A stretch of DNA of 64,000 nt from Rebecca billardiae RCC1528. Taxonomy: Eukaryota; Protista; Haptophyta. The notes below the pieces were generated by a model. That model saw only the letters and a list, made by a program, of their open reading frames with translations, searched no databases and was not told the origin of the DNA. Below are positions 13,101 through 22,386 of the stretch, in pieces (position 1 is the stretch's first letter; each line of letters starts with the position of its first letter). The stretch covers positions 186,001 through 250,000 of the forward strand of contig OZ251237.1 of the NCBI GenBank assembly GCA_965240325.2, read 5' to 3'. A program made the translations under genes and the position numbers.

Positions 13101-13819
13101 CCACGCTGCGGCCACGCACGCAGCTCTACATGTCGCAGCACGCGTGGCTCGACATGCTGCCCGCGCCGGACGGCGCCGCGCCGATGAGCGACGGCGAGGA
13201 CGCGCCGCTCGTCATCCCGCTCGTGGTGCGCGCACGCGCACGCGCACGCGCACCACGCGCACGCGCGCGCGCGCGGACCTGTGCACGCGCACGCGCACGC
13301 GCACGCGCACCACGCGCACGCGCGCGCGCGCGGACCTGTGCGCGGCGCGCGAGGGAGGGAGAGGGAGGGAGGGGTTCGGCGCGCGGGCGGCACGCGCGCG
13401 CGCGCCCACCACCGCTCACCCGCCGCGCCCGCCCGCCGCCGCGCCGCGCCGCGCCGCGCCGCGGTGCGCAGCCGCGCGAGTCGTCGCCGTCGACGGCCGT
13501 AGCGCTGCCGCAGTGGGACTCGTGGCTGCCCAAGATGCGCGCCGCGGCGAAGGAGGCGCTGGCCTCGCACCCGCTCTTCATGCAGACGGCGCTGCCGCGC
13601 GACGAGTGCACGCAGTACGCGCTGATCGAGTGCGTCTGGCTCTTCGACCGCCGAGGCACGCCGTGGCTGCTGAGCGTGCGCCCAAACCCCAACCTCTTCC
13701 CGACCTCGGGCGTCGACCGCCACATCAAGGAGTCGCTGATGAAGGACCTGTACTCCATCCTGATCGCGCCCGTGGTGGAGGACGCGCCTGCGGAGAACGG
13801 CGGCTTCACGCCGCTCTGA
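10196..13819 (+). CDS. Two tandem prolyl 4-hydroxylase-type 2OG-Fe(II) domains + small PAN/apple-like module + degenerate tubulin-tyrosine-ligase-like domain; introns 10445-10557, 10606-10734, 12409-12580, 13226-13471
   Basis: Each P4H copy has FLTxxEC, RTS, HYD, QRVCTVLVYLNDV..GG.T.F, IHCAEP and K.V.QVWIR. All four GT-AG introns keep the frame. The C-terminus has YLLQ..DGRLFSAHTYVL and WLFDRRGTPWLLSVRPNPNL. Confidence 0.8.
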
Positions 13820-14142
13820 CCCGCCCGCGCGCGCATGCCGCGTCGCTCCCGACGTGACGCCCCCTGGCCCCCAATTGTCCGTGCTAATTGCTTGATGTCC
13901 GTGTGGGCTCCGAGCGGTGTCCGCGTCCGGCACGGAGGCACCCGTGAGGCCGTGACCACTGACTGCTTAGTCGGGCACTCAGCGACGCGCACGGTGCAGC
14001 GCCGAGCATTGGGCTTGGGAGGCACCGGCTGTCGCGCTTATTTAGAGCCAGGCGCGTCGACTGAGATCAGGACTATTAGATACAGATAGTACTGTAGTAC
14101 TTAGTACTCCGACTCGGTAGTCGGTTGAGTAACAGTAGTAGC

Positions 14143-14473
14143 TGTAGTCAGGGAACGCGTCTTGACTTTGAGCTTGACGAATGACGGTCGAGTCGCGGTC
14201 GACGAGCTTCGGCTCTTGTTTGCGGTGGTGAGCTCAGCGTGTTTTCGTCGTGTGCTTGGGCTCATGTTTCGTTCATCATTTCAGAATTATCTGGAATGCT
14301 TCGAGATGCCGCAGCAGCCATGCTGTCCTGCTGTATTTTAGGATGAGGTTCAGGTTGATTTTGGAGGATTTTGTGCGAGCGCCGCCGCAGCGGTCACTCC
14401 GCCACTGTGTGACTGCGAGTAAAATGTTGGATTGGAAATTGGAAATCACTGTAGATTGGCGATTCCTTTGACA
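14143..14473 (-). repeat. 3' LTR (331 bp)
   Basis: Direct repeat of 17337-17652, preceded by the PPT on the minus strand. Confidence 0.9.
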
Positions 14474-14740
14474 CCCCCCCTGAATCCAATATGCGCTCGT
14501 CTGTGAGGACTAAGCTTGGATTATGAGTGTTTTTGGGCTTGGTATTGTTTGTGCATCTGTGTGCATGAGTGAATTGGAGTCAGTAATGGTTGCCAATGCC
14601 AGGATACGGGTCATGTGCTGGGACTTCCGTGTGACGGTTTTGGGAAACCCGAGTCAGTCCTGGGCTTATTTGCACCATATGTTCACTTTTTGGCCTTGAT
14701 CTTGGACCTTGTTATTGGGCTATGCCCTCGGCCTTGATAG

Positions 14741-16804
14741 TTAATCATAGGCATCCGGAGCAGGAATATCCAGGAAATGGATACGCTCCTTGGGAAACTT
14801 GTTGGCTCCCTTGTTTTTGCCTTTGTTGTAATTGTTGGCCTTGGGGCGAAGCTCTGGGTGGAGCTTCCAACACTGCTGGGCAGTATGGTTCTTGAGACCA
14901 CAGTGAGTGCACCGTTTGCCGGTGTCCGAGTTATTCGGCCCGCTCTCGCCATTGGCTGGAGCCTTTTGGGCCTGAGCGGCGAAGACTTCGGCGCCCTCAA
15001 AGTCACCGCGTCGCCGCGTGCCTTGCTGATAATCAGCATTTTGGCGTATCTTGGAATAATTGTCGGTCTCTCTCCCCTTGGTATTGTTCTGATGGAGTAG
15101 CTTCATTGAGCCGTGCCGTTTGTAGGCATCTTCCATCTGGGCCATTATCTGGTCAGTGTTATCCACACATTGCTCGGGCGTGAGCGCTCCGAAGTGCGAG
15201 ATAACTGACTCGTAGACTTGGGGATGGTCTTGCATGCTGTTATACAGCTTGAAGACCAACATCGTAGCATCGTCCAGATTCCCATATCGAGATGAGCGGA
15301 CTTGCTCGACGGATTTCTTGATAATGTCCGATGCGCCAATGGGCGACACCTTTGTCGGGTATAACTTCAGGAATTCATCCCTGAGTTCGGACATAGTTGT
15401 GATCTTGAGCTCGCGCTCAAATATCTGTAGCAGCAGCGCCAGATCCAAGTAGTTCTTGGTCGGATCGCTGATGTGCAGCTTCGATTCCAGATAGGCGAAT
15501 AACTGAGGCTCGATAGAGTCCTTCAGCTGCTTGAATATCGCTGCCGCAGATCGATCGTAGACCGATCCGATCTTGTTGGCGTCAGCGTTGTCAGCCTTGT
15601 ATGGATCGATTTTGGCTGCGTCTTTCACCCATTTGTCTTTGGCAATGAGTTGAAAGCCGGATAGCTTGCTATCCTTGGGCTCCATTATGTCAGGTGTGAC
15701 ATCTGAGGATTTGCCCTTGTAGTAGGTGCTCACTTCTGCGAGTGCATCCCGTATCGCGCTGTGTACCGCGCGCTTGGATTTCAGAGCCGACTGTGTCAGC
15801 TTGTGTGTGGCGGGTGTATCCACTCCTGCCGAGGATTCGCGTGCCATGAACACACGTTCCTTCTTGGTTGGATTAGAGTCTGTGACTCCTCCTTCGATGA
15901 CTATCCAGTCACGTTTCTTCGACTCAAGTGCATTGGTCGATGTGTCGCGCGCGCTCTGTGGCGATTCGCGCTCTACCTTCGAGCGAGGAGTGACCCTCGT
16001 CGAGGCTGTGGTGCCTTCTTTGGGCTTCTTCACGCTCGTTCTGTCCAGCGGTGATGCATGTGCATCCGCGGCAGCTTCGGCGGAATACTCTTCCTTGCAA
16101 GAGTGTGGCGTTGTGATGGCTGACGCAGCTGATGCATGCGCACGCGCGTCGCGCTCGCCAACTTGGTTTTGCTGCGGCTTTGCCGTCAAGCAGGTGTATG
16201 ATGCCCCCCCTGCATCGTATGCGCTTCCTACGTTCGACGCGAGTCGATACGTGCCAGACGAGGACTCTGCCGTCTCTGCGGCGGTCATCTCGCGGCTGCT
16301 TGTGTCGCTCGTGGCGAGCAGCTCGGCTTCGGAAGCCATCGTGAGGCCTGCGAGGGCACCGTGAATTTTGGGGTAAACGTATTTGTTGGTCATCTCCAAA
16401 ATTACGATGGGTTTGGTTCGGCCCTGGCAATGAATATTGGGGCTGGTGCTCGCGGTGACTGAGTCACGCGTCGTAGCATCTTGGAGCATAGTTTGCTCTG
16501 CCAGACCATACAGGTCGTTTGAGTCGCACTCATCGGTGCTAATGTCATCGTTCGATCGGTCAGACTCAGACACAGTGTCATGCGCGCGAGGCTGCAGACT
16601 GACAGTGACTGCGGTCACGACCGCGCTGTCATTGGCGGCGGCCAGAAGGCCAGCACGCCGAGCAGCGTCGGCAGGCTCGAGGGCCTCGACGGTCGGAGCG
16701 GCATCAGCGGCAGCAGCGTCGAGCGCTACATCTGCCCCGGAACGCTCGGTGACCTCGTTCGATGACTCGGAGGCAGCAAGGCACTCCTTGAGCTGCGCGG
16801 GCAC
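14741..16804 (-). CDS. gag: Gag-like protein with a CCHC zinc knuckle and a long low-complexity N-terminal extension
   Basis: CTHCGLKNHTAQQCWKLHPELRP knuckle is typical of copia gag, and a helical capsid-like region precedes it. Upstream ORF 16726-17415 overlaps in another frame (probable frameshift). Confidence 0.8.
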   Translation of the reverse strand: MPAQLKECLAASESSNEVTERSGADVALDAAAADAAPTVEALEPADAARRAGLLAAANDSAVVTAVTVSLQPRAHDTVSESDRSNDDISTDECDSNDLYGLAEQTMLQDATTRDSVTASTSPNIHCQGRTKPIVILEMTNKYVYPKIHGALAGLTMASEAELLATSDTSSREMTAAETAESSSGTYRLASNVGSAYDAGGASYTCLTAKPQQNQVGERDARAHASAASAITTPHSCKEEYSAEAAADAHASPLDRTSVKKPKEGTTASTRVTPRSKVERESPQSARDTSTNALESKKRDWIVIEGGVTDSNPTKKERVFMARESSAGVDTPATHKLTQSALKSKRAVHSAIRDALAEVSTYYKGKSSDVTPDIMEPKDSKLSGFQLIAKDKWVKDAAKIDPYKADNADANKIGSVYDRSAAAIFKQLKDSIEPQLFAYLESKLHISDPTKNYLDLALLLQIFERELKITTMSELRDEFLKLYPTKVSPIGASDIIKKSVEQVRSSRYGNLDDATMLVFKLYNSMQDHPQVYESVISHFGALTPEQCVDNTDQIMAQMEDAYKRHGSMKLLHQNNTKGRETDNYSKIRQNADYQQGTRRRGDFEGAEVFAAQAQKAPANGESGPNNSDTGKRCTHCGLKNHTAQQCWKLHPELRPKANNYNKGKNKGANKFPKERIHFLDIPAPDAYD

Positions 16805-17336
16805 TCGGCCTCGCGCTCAGCCGCGCTTGCGGGCGCCAAGTCCCGGGCGGTAGTGGTTGAGATCCCCTGCGCAACGACGTGCGTGCGGATGGAGTGGCGC
16901 GATGGCGGGGGATGCGAGCGGCAACGCTCCTCCTCACCGCGCTGTGCGCGAACCTCCTCCTCAAGGTGATCCTTGATTGACTCGGCATGAAGCCAGTCGA
17001 CGCGCGGTGCAATCGCACTCGACGCGTGGCTGCCTGAATTCAGGTCAGCGGTGTTGCCAGGCCCGTAGGCGCTGGAGATGGGCTTGCGGAGAAGCGTGAG
17101 CTTCTCGCCTTGCCGGTTCTTCTCAGCCTGCATGCCCCTCAGGGCAGCGGCGAGGTAGTTTGGCGTGCGCTTGCGCGCGATCGCCGATGAGCTGCGCGGC
17201 ATTGCCGGGCGCTCTGCCACGCCTGGCTTCAACCCAATGAGTGGAGCAACTGGGGCGGGCTGATGGCCGTTCACGTCCTTGCCGCTGTTCTCGTCGTCTC
17301 CATCCTTGCCCAAGTTCTCCCAGCACCGTGCTAGCA

Positions 17337-17652
17337 TGTCAGGGAACGCGTCTTGAGCTTGACGGTCGAGTCGCGGTCGACGAGCTTCGGCTCTTGTTTG
17401 CGGTGGTGAGCTCACTCAGCGTGTTTTCGTGTGCTTGGGCTCATGTTTCGTTCATCATTTCAGAATTATCTGGAATGCTTCGAGATGCCGCAGCAGCCAT
17501 GCTGTCCTGCTGTATTTTAGGATGAGGTTCAAGTTGATTTTGGAGGATTTTGTGCGAGCGCCGCCGCAGCGGTCACTCCGCCACTGTGTGACTGCGAGTA
17601 AAATGTTGGATTGGAAATTGGAAATCACTGTAGATTGGCGATTCCTTTGACA
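17337..17652 (-). repeat. 5' LTR (316 bp)
   Basis: TGTCA...TGACA inverted termini; direct repeat of 14143-14473. Confidence 0.9.
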
Positions 17653-17745
17653 GTAGCCTACTACGTACTCTGCGGCTGAGACTGTGACTGTCTAGCTACG
17701 CATCATATCAGACATCACACAGTAAAGAAATCGATTTTCGGCGTT

Positions 17746-18067
17746 ACCGTAACCCGTCCGCACTTCCGCCCAGTGGGGATGCGGGGGAATTTTTTTCATG
17801 CCGCGTTCGCGGCACTTCGCGCCGCCACAGTGGAGAAAGATCGGGCCGAAGCCGTTCGAGCATGGTCGGTCGTGCGCACGCCCATTCGAATCGATGGCGC
17901 GCTCCGAGCGGCGGGCATGCGCGCATGTGTGCCGCGAGGGGGGCTGCGAGGCGTCGGCCGGCTTGTCAAGGCGGTTCCCCGGGGCGGCGTCACCCTCGCC
18001 CGCCCCTCCTCGCCCACCCTCGCCCCACGGGCGGCCACACGTGACCTGTTAAGATGAGGTCACGGTA
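17746..18067. mobile_element. Possible ~320-bp MITE with TA TSD
   Basis: TA|CCGTAACC ... GGTCACGG|TA; only 7 of 8 terminal bases match. Confidence 0.25.
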
Positions 18068-20408
18068 GCCGCGCGGCGCGCGCGCGGAGAGGCGAGGAAG
18101 TGGTGTTTCGCGGAAAAACGCAACGTCGCATTGTGCTCAACCCATGTGGGCACCCGCTCCACAAGTTTGCGGTACGCCAAACCGCACACAGCGGCCTGAG
18201 CAGCTCCCAGACTGACTTTCGCTCTTGAAGCCTGTTTTTGGGCCAGATCTTGGTGTGGATGTAGCGCGGCGAGGAGGCGCCGGGCGCGCGCCCGAGCTGC
18301 GTGCTGCCACTCGCCATGGCCCATAGGCATCGTCCGTCGCGAACGACCCGGCTCGCCTCGACCTCTCCGACCCGCCGGGCAGCCACGACCGAGCGCGCAG
18401 CCAACGGTGTCCAAACAGAGGCTTCTCAGACCGCGTGGGATGGGCATAGGCGCGAGAGAGGGCGCCCAGCGCGCTCTTGAGATGCACAGGAGCACGCACT
18501 GATGCGTATGGAACCATCCCAACCTGGCGCGCCCTATCTGGCCCGTCAGGCTGCCCGCGCCGCCGCCGCCGCGCCATGCCGCCGCCACGGGCGCCGCCGC
18601 ACCGCGGGCACGTGGGTAAGTCTGTATTCAACAAATACAGAATTTCTGGTGCGGCCCTCTTTTGGGCGGCAAGGTCGGTCTGGTCGACACCTGCCGCGCG
18701 GCATGGGCCACGGCGCGGCGAGGTGGCGGCTGGCGCACCGCGGCGCGGGCGGGATGGCTCGAGGACACCACCGCCCCGCCTCCCACGCCGCGCCGTGCGC
18801 GTGCGCCGTGCTCTCGTCGCGTACCGAATTTCCTGCGGCGAGCGACGCCACACAGCGCGACCATGCCATCGCGCGACGAGGTGCGTTCGGCTCGGCGATT
18901 TGTCGTATTTGTTGAATACATGCGGGTACGAATCGACCGCAAGGAGCGGCAAGGACGCCCTCGACGCACACGTCGAGAGCCACGCGCGCGGCGTGGACTG
19001 GCACGCGACGCGGAGATGGCGGGCGCGGTGTCGCGGGCGCGCGACTGGTCTAGAACAGCACAATGAAGCGTGGGACGGCGCCGCGCGCGTGGGCTCGCTG
19101 CCGTCTCCTCGCAGTCGAATATTTCTGTGCACCCTCCTACCAGGTCAGTCGACCGACTTGCACGCGGCATGCGAGCACAGCGTGCGGGGAGGAGTGTGAC
19201 ATGGCAGGCTGTGGCGAGGTGGATGGCCGTGCAGGAGTATGCTAGGAAGGGCCGCTCCCGCGCTCGCGCGGTGCCTCGCGCACGCCTCGTCGAGGACGAG
19301 CGTGTTTGAATGGCTCCGGCGAGGCCTGAGACTTCGCTTGTTCACAGCAGCGCGCGACAGGTGCACACAACGAAGGTGACGACCAGGCACTCCGGCGAGG
19401 GCGGCTGTGCTGGCAGCAGACTGCATTCGGAGTCTGCATCAGTCATCTTGACTCATTCTATAGCCTGCCCCGTGCTCCCCGAGCGGTCGCGTACGCGCCT
19501 GCCGCTCGAGCCAGCTGGCTGGCTGGCGGCGGCTGGCGCTTGACAGTTGACTCATTCTATGATTTAACGACACAGGTAGGACGGCGCAGGTCTCCTGATT
19601 CGTCGTCGGCAGTTCTTAGTACCCCCATAAACTGTATCCAAATAATTATGCACTCCGAAGGAGGCCTCAGCGGTCGAGTACAGGTCGATGAGGGCAGAAT
19701 GAGACAGAGGGCACTTTGAGACAAGGCGGCGGCCCAGTGGCGGCCCAGTGGCGCCCACTGGGCGTGGTGCATGGCGCCCGCCTCGCACGCGCTACAGCGC
19801 CCGGTGAGGTGGACGCAAGTCTGTCGAGGCGCGTCACATGTGTGCCCAAGGTGCATGCCTGGCACCTCCGCTCGTTTGCCGGCCGCTCCGCTGCCCATGC
19901 CTGGCCTGCACGCACCAAACGTAGCCGCCGAACGTGCCCCGCCACTGTGAGACGCTCGCGAACCGCGATGCACGGTGCCCTTCAGTGACGAGAGCAAGGT
20001 AGTCTTCTACTGCAAGGGGACGCCAACCTGACGGCTGGCCATGCCATGGGAGGTAGTAGGGACGTCAGACACGCGCCAAGAGCCCATGGGAAGCCTGCTC
20101 TCCCCAGTTGGTGAGCTCGTCGGGCGTGCGCTCGCGGTTTGTCTCAAAGTGCCCTCCCCCCCCCCCCCAAAGTGAGACAAACTTGATGGTGCTCGTGCTC
20201 CTCAACGGCATGGAGTTAGCCCACGAGACTCGCAGCTTGAACTCTTCGTCTGATGCCCTCCACGACGACGTGCGCGAAGGGCGTGAGCGCCATCGTGGTG
20301 GAGCGCAAAACACGATCCGGGATTTTGTCTCATTAATTCTGCCCTCACCCACCTGTACTCGAGTTGGGCCGGCTACCCACTCCGACTGGCAATTCCTTTG
20401 GGCAAGGC

Positions 20409-21500
20409 ATGGTGAAGCACGGCCCCAAGTGTGATCACGCGGGCTGCACCAAGGGGCCTTCGTTCGGCATGCCGGGCGACGCGCGCGCCAGCCGGTGCGC
20501 TGCGCACAAGCTCGCCGGCATGGTCGACGTGAAGAGCACCAAGTGTGATCACGCCGGCTGCACCAAGGGGCCTTCATTCGGCATGGCAGGTGACGTGCGC
20601 GCCAGCCGGTGCGCTGCGCACAAGCTGGCTGGCATGGTCGACGTGAAGAACCTCAAGTGTGATCACGTTGACTGCACCAAGCGACCTAACTTCGGCATGC
20701 CGGGCGACGCGCGCGCCAGCCGGTGCGCTACGCACAAGCTGGCAGGCATGGTCGACGTGATGAGCCCCAAGTGTGATCACACCGGCTGCAACAAGTCGCC
20801 TTACTTCGGCATGCCGGGCGAGCGGCGCGCCAGCCGGTGCGCTACGCACAAGCTGGCCGGCATGGTCAACGTGAGGAGCCCCAAGTGTGATCACGCCGGC
20901 TGCACCAAGGTGCCTTGCTTCGGCATGCCGGGCGAGCGGCGCGCCAGCCGGTGCGCTACGCACAAGCTGGCAGGCATGGTCGACGTGAAGAGCACCAAGT
21001 GTGATCACGCCGGCTGCACCAAGCAGCCTTCACACAGCATGCCAGGCGACGCGCGCGCCAGCCGGTGCGCTGAGCACAAGCTGGCCGGCATGGTCGACGT
21101 CAAGCACCCCAAGTGTGCTCACGTGGACTGCAGCAAGGGGCCTTCATTCGGCATGCCGGGCGACGCGCGTGCCAGCCGGTGCGCTACGCACAAGCTGGCC
21201 GGCATGGTCAACATGGTGAGCCCCAAGTGTGATCACCGCAGCAAGCGCCCCTCCGATGCCGATGGACCTAGACGTGCTGCGCGTGCAAGGACCATTGTCG
21301 TGGCCGTGGGCGAAGAATTCATCGTCTCCTCGGCTCACCAACAGCCTCAGGAGGCTGCAGGGCTGGGTCAGCGCGGTGGTGGACGCGGCGGTGGTGCCGG
21401 TGCTCGCGCGCGCCAAGGAGGAGCTGCACGAGCACCGGCTGCGCAACTGGTCGGTGGCCACGCTGCAGATCAACCTGCTCACCGCGCGCGCGGCGAATGA
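20409..21500 (+). CDS. EsV-1-7-like cysteine-rich repeat protein (7 full 38-aa repeats plus the start of an eighth)
   Basis: 114-bp tandem units encoding KCDHAGCTKxPSFGMPGDARASRCAxHKLAGMVDV, a C-x4-C...C-x2-H pattern matching the EsV-1-7 motif. The C-terminus is uncertain. Confidence 0.8.
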   Translation: MVKHGPKCDHAGCTKGPSFGMPGDARASRCAAHKLAGMVDVKSTKCDHAGCTKGPSFGMAGDVRASRCAAHKLAGMVDVKNLKCDHVDCTKRPNFGMPGDARASRCATHKLAGMVDVMSPKCDHTGCNKSPYFGMPGERRASRCATHKLAGMVNVRSPKCDHAGCTKVPCFGMPGERRASRCATHKLAGMVDVKSTKCDHAGCTKQPSHSMPGDARASRCAEHKLAGMVDVKHPKCAHVDCSKGPSFGMPGDARASRCATHKLAGMVNMVSPKCDHRSKRPSDADGPRRAARARTIVVAVGEEFIVSSAHQQPQEAAGLGQRGGGRGGGAGARARQGGAARAPAAQLVGGHAADQPAHRARGE

Positions 21501-21849
21501 GATGAAGCGGCAGCACGTGCACGCGCTCGCCAAGGGCGGCGACCTCACCGACGCCGACGTCGCCGAGCTCGCGTCCGCGCTCGACTCGACGATGTACTCG
21601 ATCGACACGGTGCGGTACGCGCTGTTCGCGCCCGCGCGCTTCCACGCGATGCTGCGCCACGTCGTGCTCGACCTCGGGCAGGAGGCGCACGACTCGGACG
21701 CGCAGGCGCTCGCGCGGCCGGCGCCCGAGCCCGCGCACGCCGAGTCGGCGGCGATGCCAGCGCTCGCGCGCATGATCAGCGGCGCCAGCCCACAGCCCGG
21801 CCGCGGCATGGCGCCACGGAGCGAGGCGTCGTCGCTCGCTGAGCCGTAG
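21330..21849 (+). pseudogene. Host-like coding fragment out of frame with the EsV-1-7 ORF
   Basis: Strong GC3 codon bias in the frame of ORF 21229-21849 (RLQGWVSAVVDAAVVPVL...); no recognised family. Confidence 0.35.
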
Positions 21850-22097
21850 CGGCCGCCCAGCCGTCAGATCGCCATCTGCCATGTAGACGACACCAGTAGC
21901 AAGGGCGGTAAGGGCTGTCAACTCCCAGTGGCGCCGAGTGGCGGAGGTTGGTTGCCCCTCAACTCGTGCGGCCTCGCGGCGCAGCGGCTAAGTCTCCTGG
22001 GGCGCCGCCCAGGAGGGCGCGTGGGGTGCGCACGCCGCGTGCTCCTGCGGCCGCGGCAGCGGCCGCGGACACGGCGCGCGTGGTTGGTCGCATGCTA

Positions 22098-22386
22098 GAC
22101 AAGGCCGTCATTTTCTGAAACTGCTTGTCATCCGTGCCGGTCGAGATTGCGCTGGAGAGGGGCATGTTGGGTGGGGTGCGGGGCGGGGAGAATGTGGCGC
22201 GAACTGGCGGGACGTCGGCGGTCGGAGAGTCGGAGCAATGAGTCGGAGCCGCGCCGGCGGCGCGCGCGGCCGCGGGCGGGCAAAAATTGCGTGATGAGTA
22301 AAGTAGGATCTGACGACGACGGTGATTGGCTGACAATGGCCTCAATCCGGCGCAATTCAATAATGATTTGAAGCCCGGCCACCTGG
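22098..22386. repeat. ~290-bp dispersed repeat, apparently identical to 33506-33794
   Basis: GACAAGGCCGTCATTTTCTG...GCCCGGCCACCTGG occurs at both sites. Confidence 0.9.

Larger units (their letters stand above)
14143..17652 (-). mobile_element. Non-autonomous gag-only LTR retrotransposon (copia-like gag; TR-GAG type)
   Basis: LTRs at 14143-14473 and 17337-17652 with TG...CA ends; TSD GTAGC at 14138-14142 and 17653-17657; G7 polypurine tract abutting the 3' LTR (14474-14480); no pol. Confidence 0.9.

Noticed and set aside
22291-22334. Box C (GTGATGA) and CTGA motifs suggesting a C/D snoRNA
   Set aside because: Too short, no terminal stem, and it lies within a TE-like repeat.
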